In this document: one piece after another, positions 39,274-49,357 of the stretch
How the letters are laid out: every line of letters starts with the position of its first letter
How positions within the stretch are numbered: the first letter of the stretch is position 1
Source of the DNA: Elusimicrobiaceae bacterium
GTDB taxonomy: Bacteria; Elusimicrobiota; Elusimicrobia; Elusimicrobiales; Elusimicrobiaceae
Reading direction: 5' to 3'
Assembly: GCA_017961295.1 (NCBI GenBank)
Contig: JAGCXL010000023.1
Span: 65,920 to 129,919 of the forward strand
Length of the DNA stretch: 64,000 nt
Notes under the pieces: model-generated
Database searches by the model: none
Told to the model about the DNA's origin: nothing
The model's input: the letters and a program-made list of their open reading frames with translations, nothing else
Position numbers and translations under genes: made by a program

Positions 39274-40282
39274 TTTAGTATGCGGCGGCCAAGCCGGCGA
39301 CGAAGGGAAAGGCAAAATTGCCGCTTATCTTTCTTACAAAGGCAATTACGATTATTGTGTGCGTGTGGGCGGCCCCAACGCGGGGCATACCGTCGTACAA
39401 AACGGAGTTTCTTACACGCTTAAAAATATCCCGTCCGGTTTTTTAAATCCTAAAACCAAACTTGTTTTGGGTGCGGGTGCTTATACAAAAACCGAGTGGC
39501 TGTTGGATGAAGTTAAAAAAACAAACACGCAAGACCGTTTGATTATTGACCCCTATGCCGTTTTAATTACCGACGAACAAACTGCCGCCGAACGCGGAGC
39601 CGCGCATTTTATGAGCAAAATAGGTAGTGTGGGGACCGGGCTTGGACAGGCCGTTAAAGAACGTATTGAACGGCGCGAAATTAAATTTGCCAAAGACGAA
39701 CCGCTTTTAAAAGATTTTATTCAAGATGTACCCGAATTATTAAATGGTTGTTTGGATAAAGGCGGACATATTTTGTTGGAAGGTACGCAAGGAATTAAAC
39801 TTTCGCTACTCCACGGAGAATATCCGTTTGTAACTTCGCGCGATACGACGGCCAGCACTTTTTTGGGGGAGGCAGGGTTAGGCCCCAAATCGGTGCGAGA
39901 CGTGTATGTGGTATTCAAGCCCTATATTACGCGCGTGGGGCCCGGGCCGCTTGAAAAAGAAATGTTTGACGAAAAAGAACTGGAAATTTATCATACCAAG
40001 GGGCACGAAATTGGCAGTGTGAGCAAACGTTTGCGCCGCGTGGGCGAGTTTGAGTGGAAATCCGCCGCGCGTGCTATTATGATTAACAACTGTACGAAAA
40101 TTGCCATTACGCATATTGATATGTTTGAAGGCAACGACCGCGTAAAAAACGCCGCCGATTTTACCGCGGACGCCAAAAAATTCTTGGCAGATTTGCAGGC
40201 TTTGTCCGACAAAACCTATCCGCACCCGAAGATTGCCTTAATCTCCACGGGCCCAGATATGGAAGATACGTTAGTCCTGTAA
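39266..40282 (+). CDS. purA: Adenylosuccinate synthetase, short (~338 aa) form
   Basis: GDEGKGK, GGPNAGHT, EGTQG, YPFVTS. Confidence 0.94.
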   Translation: MIDLVCGGQAGDEGKGKIAAYLSYKGNYDYCVRVGGPNAGHTVVQNGVSYTLKNIPSGFLNPKTKLVLGAGAYTKTEWLLDEVKKTNTQDRLIIDPYAVLITDEQTAAERGAAHFMSKIGSVGTGLGQAVKERIERREIKFAKDEPLLKDFIQDVPELLNGCLDKGGHILLEGTQGIKLSLLHGEYPFVTSRDTTASTFLGEAGLGPKSVRDVYVVFKPYITRVGPGPLEKEMFDEKELEIYHTKGHEIGSVSKRLRRVGEFEWKSAARAIMINNCTKIAITHIDMFEGNDRVKNAADFTADAKKFLADLQALSDKTYPHPKIALISTGPDMEDTLVL

Positions 40283-40296
40283 AGGAGAAGATTTGG

Positions 40297-41433
40297 ATGA
40301 AAAAAATTGGGATAGTAATTCCGGTGGCCTTAGTATTAGGTATTGTTGGGTGGTGGTATTTTACCAACGCAAAGGGAAAAGCAGACCCTTATGTGGTATC
40401 TACCGAATCCATTGAAGAAATAGATATGGAGAAATATTTGGCCGAAGTAGACGCAATGTCAACCAAAAACGGCATTAAACCGGAAGATATGACCCAAGAA
40501 GATAAGAAAGAATTAGCCAAGAATTTGATTTTGCCTTCCCGATTGTATAAGGATATTTTTTTAAGTCGTAATACTTTGAATTGGCCCTCGGAGACATTTG
40601 ACGATAAAGAGGAAAAAGCAGAAAAATATTTATTGGGAGAGTTGGATCAATTTGAGTATGATGTCTCAACAAGATCTTATAGCATAGAAGAAATAAAAAA
40701 ATTGTTTCAGGCGTTATGGAAATGGCAAGAATTCCCATCGATAGAAAAGGAAATAGAAATATGCGATGAAGAAATGGCTTGTTACGCAAAGCCCAAACAA
40801 GAACATTTGGAAGTGTCTTCCGTGCAACATACTCAATGTGCAGTTGGATCAGGTAAAAATTGTAAAGCAGAATATTTTTCTTATACAAAAAAATTGTTAC
40901 CTGATTTTTTACATCGCAAATATGAAGAAAATACAGAAGCAACGGGAAAATTCTGTTACCGTAATTTTACAAACGGTAATTGTGAAAAGGGATATGTGTT
41001 TTCTCAACGTGTAGGTGATTACGAAAAAATAACGTTTTGTGATGCATACATCGATGGTATATGCCAAGGGAATTATATATTACGGAAGGAAGAACCCGCT
41101 TGTCACTGTGGGCCGTCGGTTTCTGTCTTGGAAATAAAACAAAATGGTGGCAAATGGCAATATGGTTTTGAAGAATATACCCCGCACAAAATTACACATA
41201 AAACAACCTGTAATGACTATAATATGGCGAATGGTATTTGCATGGCAGGGGATTATATCCAAGAAGAAACAGAAGGAGAAACTGACGAAGAACTGGTGTC
41301 GGAAAGTTTGTATTTAGAAAAAAATAAGAGCATAACTTATCAAATTAAAAACGGGAAACTTGTTTCCGGTCCTAAACCTTTAGAAGAAACTAAACCTTTG
41401 CTTCAATTACCAAAGGATATTATTACTAAATAA
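40297..41433 (+). CDS. Membrane-anchored Cys-rich hypothetical protein
   Basis: N-terminal TM; repeated C..NGxC-like motifs; AT-rich codon usage. Confidence 0.7.
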   Translation: MKKIGIVIPVALVLGIVGWWYFTNAKGKADPYVVSTESIEEIDMEKYLAEVDAMSTKNGIKPEDMTQEDKKELAKNLILPSRLYKDIFLSRNTLNWPSETFDDKEEKAEKYLLGELDQFEYDVSTRSYSIEEIKKLFQALWKWQEFPSIEKEIEICDEEMACYAKPKQEHLEVSSVQHTQCAVGSGKNCKAEYFSYTKKLLPDFLHRKYEENTEATGKFCYRNFTNGNCEKGYVFSQRVGDYEKITFCDAYIDGICQGNYILRKEEPACHCGPSVSVLEIKQNGGKWQYGFEEYTPHKITHKTTCNDYNMANGICMAGDYIQEETEGETDEELVSESLYLEKNKSITYQIKNGKLVSGPKPLEETKPLLQLPKDIITK

Positions 41434-41434
41434 T

Positions 41435-42034
41435 ATGCAAGATATTATTTTTGATTTGGGTGCCGTTCTTATCGATTGGAATCAACGGCACCTTTATCGT
41501 AAAATCTTCCCCGACGAAAAACAAAGAGAACAATTTTTGGCAACCGTATGTCCTATGAGTTGGAACAGTGAAATGGACGGCGGTAAACCGTTTGCACAAG
41601 GTTGCGCCGAGCGCATCAAATTGTTCCCGCAATATGCGCGCGAAATTGAGGCATACCGCACACGTTGGGCGGAAATGATGGGCGGTGCCATGGAAGGAAC
41701 GGTGCAAATTCTGCGTGAACTCAAACAAAAAGGGTACCGCGTGTACGCGCTTAGTAATTGGTCGGCCGAAACGTTTCCGCTCGCGCAAGCAAAATTTCCG
41801 TTTTTAAAAGAATTTGACGGGGCGGTGGTGTCGGGTTATGAAAAATGTGTAAAGCCGGACGTGCGCTTGTATCAAATTTTGCTCTCGCGTTATCATTTGC
41901 AAGCCCAAAATTGTATTTTTACCGATGATAATCCCGCCAATATAGAAACAGCCCGCCGGTTGGGTTTTGATACGATTTTATTTACTACGCCCGATGAACT
42001 GCGCACGCAACTGCGCGCCCGCGGCGTGTTATAG
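41435..42034 (+). CDS. HAD-superfamily phosphatase
   Basis: [19 protein letters not shown]. Confidence 0.9.
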   Translation: MQDIIFDLGAVLIDWNQRHLYRKIFPDEKQREQFLATVCPMSWNSEMDGGKPFAQGCAERIKLFPQYAREIEAYRTRWAEMMGGAMEGTVQILRELKQKGYRVYALSNWSAETFPLAQAKFPFLKEFDGAVVSGYEKCVKPDVRLYQILLSRYHLQAQNCIFTDDNPANIETARRLGFDTILFTTPDELRTQLRARGVL

Positions 42035-43228
42035 AAAACTTTTCCCTATGTTTAAAGGTGGTAAGTTAAAATAAGCCGCTACCGTTTGACCCATGTCGGC
42101 ATAGGTGTCCCTCCCGCCGATAAACTGCGGACTCACACGTTTGCCAAATAGAATAGCCGGTACATGTTCGCGGGTGTGATCGGTGCCGATATAGGTAGGG
42201 TCGCACCCATGGTCGGCCGTTATAAACACGACATCATTTTCTTTTAACTGGGCGGCCAGTTCCGGCAACCGGCTGTCAAAATATTCCAACCCTTGGGCAT
42301 ATCCTTTTATGTCGCGCCGGTGGCCGTAAACCATATCAAAATCTACAAAGTTAGTAAACACCAAACTAAAATCGGGCGCGGCTTTAGCTTCGCGCAACGT
42401 AACGTCCCAAAGTTCTGCTAGACCGGATGCCTTGACGGCTTTGGTAATGCCTTGGTGGGCAAAAATATCGGCAATTTTACCGACGGAAATCACCTGCCCG
42501 CCCGCGTTTTTAATAGCGTCTAATACGGTGGGTTGAGGGGGTTTAACGGAATAATCGTGCCGGTTTTTGGTACGAGTAAACTGCCCGGGTTTTTCACCCA
42601 CAAACGGGCGCGCAATCACGCGGGCAATGTTGTAAGGGGCTACGTGTTTAAACGCAATCTCGCACAGCTTATACAATCGTTCTAGCCCAAAATATTTTTC
42701 GTGCGCGGCAATTTGAAATACGCTGTCTGCCGAGGTGTAGCAAATCGGTTTGCCGGTTTTAATGTGCTGCTCGCCCAGTTCTTCAATAATGGTTGTGCCG
42801 CTGGCGGCTTTGTTGCCCAAAATGCCGGGCAAGTTGGCTTCTTTACAAATTTTTTCGATTAAATCAGCGGGGAAAGACGGATAATTGGGGGGAAAATAAC
42901 CCCAGTTAAAAAGCACCGGTGCGCCAGCCATTTCCCAATGGCCGGAAGAAGTATCTTTACCGTGGCTGATTTCACGCATAAAACCGTATTTGGAAGGGAG
43001 TGTAAGGCCTGCCGCAGGTTGCGGACCCAATTGCAGAGGATTTCCCGTAGAGGCTTGAGCGGCTTTGTCTAACCCCAACGCTACTAAATTAGGGATTTTA
43101 AGCCCGTCATTGGCCTTGGCAATATGGCCCAGCGTATCGGCGCCGCTGTCGCCAAATTTAGCGGCATCTTCTGCCCCGCCGATGCCTACAGAGTCCAACA
43201 TTAAAATTACGGCACGTTTCATGCTCAT
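42029..43228 (-). CDS. deoB: Phosphopentomutase
   Basis: [44 protein letters not shown]. Confidence 0.96.
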   Translation of the reverse strand: MSMKRAVILMLDSVGIGGAEDAAKFGDSGADTLGHIAKANDGLKIPNLVALGLDKAAQASTGNPLQLGPQPAAGLTLPSKYGFMREISHGKDTSSGHWEMAGAPVLFNWGYFPPNYPSFPADLIEKICKEANLPGILGNKAASGTTIIEELGEQHIKTGKPICYTSADSVFQIAAHEKYFGLERLYKLCEIAFKHVAPYNIARVIARPFVGEKPGQFTRTKNRHDYSVKPPQPTVLDAIKNAGGQVISVGKIADIFAHQGITKAVKASGLAELWDVTLREAKAAPDFSLVFTNFVDFDMVYGHRRDIKGYAQGLEYFDSRLPELAAQLKENDVVFITADHGCDPTYIGTDHTREHVPAILFGKRVSPQFIGGRDTYADMGQTVAAYFNLPPLNIGKSFL

Positions 43229-43287
43229 ATATTTATTATAGCCAAAAAAAGCATTTTAATGTTATATTAAACAAAAGGGGGATTTTT

Positions 43288-43812
43288 ATGAAACCAGCTT
43301 ATCAAAATATGCGTGCTTTTTGGTTAGATGCCAAAAATATGCAGAGCTGTAAGGGATTTATCGAAATTGGAGTAGAAAAAATTGTAGCGGCTGCTGTAGA
43401 AATGGCATTAGCGGATGGGGAACAAACCAAACATTTGCTCATTGCTACTAATTCCTTGGGGGATAGCAGCCTGTATTTTGAAAATAATAGTAAAAGCGGA
43501 CTAGGGGGGATGATTGGCGGGCATGGGAACGAGCCGTTACAAGAGGCGGCCGCTCACATGTTGGCTTATGCCACCAAATTGACCGCGCAGATGACAAAAG
43601 TAGTGGCCACAACGCAAGTGCCGGGCCCTTCAAGTGCCGGGCAAGTGATGTTGCTGGCTGTTAGCCAAGAAGCTGTTTTTTACAAAGAAGTGGCTGAGAC
43701 AGAATTGCGAAACCCGGATTGCCCTTTTTACCCCATGTTTGCTTATTCGCAACAGGTAATTGGACTTTTTAAAGCACAAGAAACCTCTTCTAATCCGCCG
43801 GCTAAATCCTAG
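43288..43812 (+). CDS. Hypothetical protein
   Basis: 174-aa ORF with SD GGGGG; no recognisable motif. Confidence 0.65.
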   Translation: MKPAYQNMRAFWLDAKNMQSCKGFIEIGVEKIVAAAVEMALADGEQTKHLLIATNSLGDSSLYFENNSKSGLGGMIGGHGNEPLQEAAAHMLAYATKLTAQMTKVVATTQVPGPSSAGQVMLLAVSQEAVFYKEVAETELRNPDCPFYPMFAYSQQVIGLFKAQETSSNPPAKS

Positions 43813-43861
43813 TAAAACTAGACGGACGAAGGGGTTGGGTAAATGATATAATAAATTAATT

Positions 43862-46093
43862 ATGCAGCGTGTTTCCTTTCGTTCGTTTTTTATTTTTGCG
43901 CTTATTGCCGCCGTCGTGGTGACGGCCGGCGTGATACTTTATTGGCGTCAAGTAAATGTGCTGCTGGAAAAAGACGTTAAAATTCATGTCGCCGATGCCG
44001 CGCGTGATTCCGCCGGCAATTTTGTGCGTTTGGTAGAGAAAGACCAGGAAATTTTAACCACTAGCGCACTTCCTATAGAAGATTCTTATCCATGGCAGGA
44101 TGAAAATTCGTTGCAGGAAATGTTGGCCCGTTTGGACGATAAAGACCACTTTGATGCGTTAGCATTTATCTACGCGGACGGACGGGCGATTTATTCTAAT
44201 ACGCAAGTGCGTCCGCTGAGTAAAAAAGCCGTACAGGATTTACTAGCGCATACCTCAAAAAATAATTTTTACAGTACCGTGCGCCAACGGGAAGCCGGCT
44301 ACCCGTCTGCAATTTTAATACAAGCCGTGCCGGTAGATCCTAACGACGGGGTGCCGGTAGGTGCCTTGGTGGCGGTACAGAAAGAAAATTATTACCGAAA
44401 CGTCCTAGCACTTACCTCTATGGGCAATGACGGCCACTCCGTTATCATTGAACGCAACGGCAAGGTAGTCCTTGCGTATGAAAATTTACCTCATTCCAAT
44501 TTATTTACGTTGTTGGAATCTGTTACATTGGATGAGCCGCTTACTTTAAACGGGCTTCGCCAAGATTTGGCAGCCGGCAAGACGGTGTTGGCAGGATATT
44601 ATACACCCGATGGGAAACACAATTTCCTCCAATTCATTCCCTTACCTATTAACAATTGGTATATGGTGTCGGCGGTGCCGGCTAAGTATGTAGAAGAGCA
44701 GGCGACGCAAGTGGCTAAACTCTCGCTAATTTTGTTTGGCGTGGTGTTTTTAGTATTTTACTTTCTAATGTTCTTTATTATGCGCGTGCGGGATGATAGT
44801 AACCGGCAACTCTTTACCACGGCTTTTGTGGACCCGTTGACTGGCGCGGATAATTTCAACCGCATGTGCGAACAGTTTAACAGCCGGTTGGAAGGCCTCA
44901 ACCGTCAAGCGGCGCTTGTAATTTTTGATATTAGCAAATTTAAAGTAATTAACGATTTACACGGCTATGAACGCGGTAACGAAGTATTAAAACGGGTGGC
45001 GCAAGTGTTGCAAGAAGAGTTACAACCCGAAGAAAGTTTTTGCCGCTTATCCGCAGATAAGTTTGTGTTGCTTTTAAAGTATGAAGACCGCAAATCTTTT
45101 TTAAAACGCTTAAAAGCGTTAGCCACGCAACTAAAACGCAACTGCACGGTGGCCGATTCGTGCCTGGTGTTGGATTTATCTTTTGGAATTTACGAAATTA
45201 CCGAGGATATTGCGTTCTATATTATGTTGGACCGTGCCCACTTGGCGTTAGACCGGGCCAAAACGCATACGTTTGAAAAATATGAATTTTACGACGCGGC
45301 GGACCGCGCCCGCATTGTGACGGAACAACAAATTGAAAGCTCCATGGAAGCGGCTTTAGCCAACCGAGAGTTTGAAATGTATTTGCAACCCAAATGCGAT
45401 TTTGTAACGGGCGAAATTTTAGGCGCGGAATCGTTGGTGCGGTGGAATCACGAAGGGCGCATGGTGCGGCCCGATGAATTTATCCCGCTTTTTGAACGCA
45501 ACGGTTTTATTTTAAAACTGGATATGTTTATTATGGAAGAAGCTGCCCGCTTGTTGGCGGCTTGGCAGGCCAACGGAACGCCCGTTGTGCCGTTAGCGGT
45601 TAATTTTTCGCGCCTGCACTTAAACGATTCGCGGTTTATTCCGCAAATGCGCCGCATTATGGCGCAGTATAACGTGCCCAATAAACTGTTAGAAGCGGAA
45701 ATTACCGAAAGCGTCATCTTTAATAACTTGGAACGTGCGCAGGAAGTAGTAGCCGGGCTCCACTTGTACGGTTTCCCAGTAGCAATGGACGATTTCGGCT
45801 CGGGCTATTCTTCGCTTAACGTGCTTAAAGAACTTAAATTTGACAGTATTAAGTTGGACAAAGAATTTTTATCGGGCTTTGAAGAAAACCCGCGTGCTCA
45901 AAAGGTTATTGAAGGGGCAATTGCCATGATTAAAACTTTGGGCGTTAAAGTGGTTACCGAGGGAGTTGAAACGCGCGAACAGGCCGATTTCTTGCGCAAA
46001 TGCGGGGCCGATTTGGCGCAAGGATACTTCTTTAGCCGCCCCGTAACGGTTACTACCTTTGAGCAACTGCTGCAAAAGAAAACCTTGTTATAA
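43862..46093 (+). CDS. Membrane Cache-like sensor, degenerate GGDEF + EAL c-di-GMP phosphodiesterase
   Basis: 2 TM; DPLTG..N, SADKF in place of GGDEF; QP, ESLVRW, DDFGSGYSS, EGVET, QGY. Confidence 0.9.
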   Translation: MQRVSFRSFFIFALIAAVVVTAGVILYWRQVNVLLEKDVKIHVADAARDSAGNFVRLVEKDQEILTTSALPIEDSYPWQDENSLQEMLARLDDKDHFDALAFIYADGRAIYSNTQVRPLSKKAVQDLLAHTSKNNFYSTVRQREAGYPSAILIQAVPVDPNDGVPVGALVAVQKENYYRNVLALTSMGNDGHSVIIERNGKVVLAYENLPHSNLFTLLESVTLDEPLTLNGLRQDLAAGKTVLAGYYTPDGKHNFLQFIPLPINNWYMVSAVPAKYVEEQATQVAKLSLILFGVVFLVFYFLMFFIMRVRDDSNRQLFTTAFVDPLTGADNFNRMCEQFNSRLEGLNRQAALVIFDISKFKVINDLHGYERGNEVLKRVAQVLQEELQPEESFCRLSADKFVLLLKYEDRKSFLKRLKALATQLKRNCTVADSCLVLDLSFGIYEITEDIAFYIMLDRAHLALDRAKTHTFEKYEFYDAADRARIVTEQQIESSMEAALANREFEMYLQPKCDFVTGEILGAESLVRWNHEGRMVRPDEFIPLFERNGFILKLDMFIMEEAARLLAAWQANGTPVVPLAVNFSRLHLNDSRFIPQMRRIMAQYNVPNKLLEAEITESVIFNNLERAQEVVAGLHLYGFPVAMDDFGSGYSSLNVLKELKFDSIKLDKEFLSGFEENPRAQKVIEGAIAMIKTLGVKVVTEGVETREQADFLRKCGADLAQGYFFSRPVTVTTFEQLLQKKTLL

Positions 46094-46102
46094 GGAGAAA
46101 CT

Positions 46103-47302
46103 ATGAAAAAATGGTTAATAGGAGTATTGGTTTTATTACTGGGTCTGGCCGGAGTGGGATTATTAGTGCTAGATCAACGCGCTAAGCAACTTGAGCAAGC
46201 GCTTAGTGAAAGTCAACAACAGCTTAAGCGGATGCAAAGAGGATATCTTCCAAATTCTACAAAAAAAGAAACAAGTCAGAAGGTAGAATCCAACACTGTG
46301 ACGGTGGATTTAACCAGTACACCGGCGAATATGGAGTTGCTCCCCACATTAGATAGCCCGTCCAATGCCAAAAACCGCTTGTGGGTGGGTACATTCCAAT
46401 TAGTTTGGAACGATTTAATGGACGAATTGGTAAAAGGCCCGGTCAAGTTAAACGTTCCGATGGTTACGTTACTGAACCAGCAAGCATTTACAACGGCGGA
46501 CCTGTCCGAAAGTGCCTATTACAAAAAATGGGGGAAAGCTTCCCCTGCGTTGCGTGAGGAAATAGAACAAGGCATTAAAGATAAATTTAATGAAACCAGT
46601 GATGTCCTACACCTTGTGGATTGGAACCAACCGCAAGATCCGCTTTATAGCCGGTATATTTTGTATGCCATGCTTAAGAAAGATTTTTCGTTTGTGGAGC
46701 CGCTGGATAAATTAAATGAAGAGGAATTTAAAGGCAGTAACGGGCTTGTGAAATATTTTGGGATTAAAAACGGTACTGCATTCCAAGTGCGCAAGTCCGT
46801 ACATGTATTATTTTATAATGGTGAAAATGATTTTGCGGTTATGTTAAAGTCCAAACAAGGGGACGAAGTGTACCTGTACCGCACAAACGATGATAAAACG
46901 TTGGACCGGTTATATGCCGATATGTTACAAAAAGATACCCAAACGGATGACTATGTAGGGGTAAATGATTATTTTAAAGCCCCTATGATAGACTTTAAAA
47001 TCTTGCGTGAATTTACCGAAGTATGCGGGCAAGAATTTCCCCTATACAACCCCGAAATCGGCGAAAGTGCCCATATTGAAAAAGCCATTGAAACGGCCCA
47101 GTTTAAAATGGATGAAACGGGCGTGCGTATCAAATCGGAGGCAATAATTGGAATGATGGCATCGGGCGGGGCGTATCATGAGAGACCCGTAGTACAACAT
47201 CGTTATTTTTACCTGGATGACAGTTATGTGATTTTTATCAAAGAAACCGGTAAAAAACCGTATTTTGCCATGCGGGTAACCGATGCAAAAGCGTTACAAT
47301 AA
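46103..47302 (+). CDS. Membrane-anchored hypothetical protein with serpin-like C-terminus
   Basis: FKMDETGVRIKSEA...FYLDDSYVIFIKE...PYFAMRV resembles the serpin hinge/RCL/C-terminal strands. Confidence 0.5.
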   Translation: MKKWLIGVLVLLLGLAGVGLLVLDQRAKQLEQALSESQQQLKRMQRGYLPNSTKKETSQKVESNTVTVDLTSTPANMELLPTLDSPSNAKNRLWVGTFQLVWNDLMDELVKGPVKLNVPMVTLLNQQAFTTADLSESAYYKKWGKASPALREEIEQGIKDKFNETSDVLHLVDWNQPQDPLYSRYILYAMLKKDFSFVEPLDKLNEEEFKGSNGLVKYFGIKNGTAFQVRKSVHVLFYNGENDFAVMLKSKQGDEVYLYRTNDDKTLDRLYADMLQKDTQTDDYVGVNDYFKAPMIDFKILREFTEVCGQEFPLYNPEIGESAHIEKAIETAQFKMDETGVRIKSEAIIGMMASGGAYHERPVVQHRYFYLDDSYVIFIKETGKKPYFAMRVTDAKALQ

Positions 47303-47321
47303 AATCAGTAGCTTATTTAAC

Positions 47322-47352
47322 AAAAACCCCCGCGCTATAAGCGCGGGGGTTT
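47322..47352. terminator. Bidirectional terminator
   Basis: AAACCCCCGCGCT/AGCGCGGGGGTTT. Confidence 0.8.
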
Positions 47353-47367
47353 AGTATGTATTCCTTC

Positions 47368-48462
47368 TTAAAACAGCAATTCTTGGAATTTTTCCTGCGG
47401 CACGTTATCCATAGGTGCCACCGTATAGGGGACGATGTCAAAATCAATTTTGGTTAAATCAATTTTGCGAATGGCCGAGTTATACATCGTGCGGTAGTAG
47501 AACGTCGGGTGCGAGAGGTCGCTTACCGCGGTCCATTGGGTGGCACTGGGCATATCCGGTATTTTTTCGCCCGGGGCATATTCCGCGCCGATAGGCAAGT
47601 CAAAGTTGTTTAAAATATGGAACGCCTGTGTAACCGCACCATACGTATCTTTGGGCGTGGGAGCCGTTTGCGTGTAGAAAAAGGCACGTACCAAACGGGA
47701 AGGTGGGGTTAAATCGCCGGGTAAGCCGGTTAAATTCGTGCCGCCGCCATAAGAAGCTAAATTCACTTCTCCCATGGTTTTATTGGGGGTTTCCCCGCCG
47801 GACAAGTGGATGTAATTGTTCAGGTTAGCTTGGTGCCAGGGGAAACTGGGCGAGTTGGTAAACACGCGCAAGTTATTCTCGTAGAAATTTCGTTCGCCTT
47901 TGTCGGTAATTTCTAACACTACGCTGCGCCCGGACGGGTCGCTAATGCGCCAATGGCCGGTGGCATAGTGACCGTCTTTATCGGGTTTGCCGATTGGGAT
48001 AATGGCTATTTTTTTGAGCCCTTGCATTACTTCGTCTACGGTTGCGTAGTTGGTTAAAATAAAGCGTACCAGTTCGCCGTCGCTTACCGATTGTTTGCGG
48101 TATTTCTTTTCATACGGGGTTAAGCTACCCACCCCCGCAAAATAGAAAATACCGGCGTTAAGTCCTTTTTCGTTCACCCCTTCGGTTACAAAGATGGGCT
48201 CCACCGTGCTGGCGCCTACTGCGCCGTATTTGTTCACCCATTTGTGACCGTTTTGGCCTTCGGGTGTGAGCGCGGTGTTTTCCATACCGCGCGGCATAAT
48301 GATGAGCTTGCTGTTTAAGTTGCCGCCTTTCCATTCAATCGTGCGAGCTAAAATCTTGGTGCCGTCGGCAGCAGTGATAGCAATACCGGTGCAGGCATTG
48401 CCGGGAGTACCTATCGCGGCTACGAATAAGGCAGCCAGCGTAAGACTAAGTATTTTTTTCAT
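47368..48462 (-). CDS. Choloylglycine hydrolase / penicillin V acylase family (Ntn), secreted
   Basis: Signal peptide then CTGI..ART; GVNEKGL, TNSPSFPWH, LPGDLTPPSR. Confidence 0.9.
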   Translation of the reverse strand: MKKILSLTLAALFVAAIGTPGNACTGIAITAADGTKILARTIEWKGGNLNSKLIIMPRGMENTALTPEGQNGHKWVNKYGAVGASTVEPIFVTEGVNEKGLNAGIFYFAGVGSLTPYEKKYRKQSVSDGELVRFILTNYATVDEVMQGLKKIAIIPIGKPDKDGHYATGHWRISDPSGRSVVLEITDKGERNFYENNLRVFTNSPSFPWHQANLNNYIHLSGGETPNKTMGEVNLASYGGGTNLTGLPGDLTPPSRLVRAFFYTQTAPTPKDTYGAVTQAFHILNNFDLPIGAEYAPGEKIPDMPSATQWTAVSDLSHPTFYYRTMYNSAIRKIDLTKIDFDIVPYTVAPMDNVPQEKFQELLF

Positions 48463-48621
48463 ACAAACCTCCTCGTTAAGATAACCCATTAAAGCAAATT
48501 TCAGCGGGTTATGCACGCACAAAATAGGGTTAGATTTGGGGGTGAAAATCAGCCTTACGCAAATCGCCCCCTGGCGCGTTGCAGGGGGCCGTTTACAAGA
48601 GTTTTTAGAAATAGCCGTTAT

Positions 48622-49185
48622 TTACTGATGGTAATGATAGCGGTAACTAACGGCCGGTACGAAGTCATCTTCCCACATGGTTGGGTTTTTGCCTTTGCCC
48701 GTGCGGATATATTCACAAAAATCTCTGGTTAAGTTTGTGTAAATATACATTTTATAGACAGTCGTGCCACTGCCGCCCCATAAGCGTGAAGGTTCTTTAA
48801 AATAGGTTTCTTCTTTTATATTCGTAATTTTAAAAATCCTATTTGTTTTCAAAAAACGTTCGTATGTTTCGGCAGCCCATTGTGCACATTTTTGAAATTT
48901 CTCACATTTCTGTTGAACATGTATATTAACGTAATACGGTTTTATAAACGGTCCTCTAGGGGCCTTTAGGACGGGTTTGTGCGCTTGAGCTTTTGCCGCG
49001 GCTAATTGGGACTGCAAAGACGCAATTTCCTGCGTTAGAGCGGTTACGCGTTCATTTAATACGCGGTTTTCTACTTCTAAACGCAAGATTTTTTCTTGCG
49101 CGGTTTCTTTCTTTGCTTGGGCAAACGCACCGGTTGCACCTAAACAAAAGATTCCTACGAGTACGGCTAATGCTAGTTTTTTCAT
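48622..49185 (-). CDS. Secreted coiled-coil hypothetical protein, paralog of 18437-18919
   Basis: Signal peptide; same conserved blocks as the paralog; SD AAGGAG. Confidence 0.85.
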   Translation of the reverse strand: MKKLALAVLVGIFCLGATGAFAQAKKETAQEKILRLEVENRVLNERVTALTQEIASLQSQLAAAKAQAHKPVLKAPRGPFIKPYYVNIHVQQKCEKFQKCAQWAAETYERFLKTNRIFKITNIKEETYFKEPSRLWGGSGTTVYKMYIYTNLTRDFCEYIRTGKGKNPTMWEDDFVPAVSYRYHYHQ

Positions 49186-49218
49186 TGTAATACTCCTTAT
49201 GGGTTGGAATATACCCCC

Positions 49219-49288
49219 ATTGTAACTTATGGATCAAGAAAAACGCAACGGGCCAAAAGGCCTAAAAGCATATAGGAAATAAGACCCA
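49219..49288 (-). promoter_or_regulatory. Two 16-bp operator-like boxes and a sigma70-like promoter
   Basis: TGGGTCTTATTTCCTA and TAGGCCTTTTGGCCCG 24 bp apart, then TTGCGT-N18-TACAAT. Confidence 0.6.
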
Positions 49289-49357
49289 CCTTTTTATATA
49301 TTCGGTTTTTAGGCTAAAAATTATAAAATAAAAGTATCCCCGCAAAAGGAGCTCATT

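Noticed and set aside
41416-41449. GATATTATT duplication at the end of the Cys-rich gene
   Set aside because: 9 bp, AT-rich, and both copies are on the same side of the gene, so not a target-site duplication
48523-49357. Direct repeats flanking the second secreted paralog
   Set aside because: Only an 8-bp GTTTTTAG match was found; not enough to call a cassette
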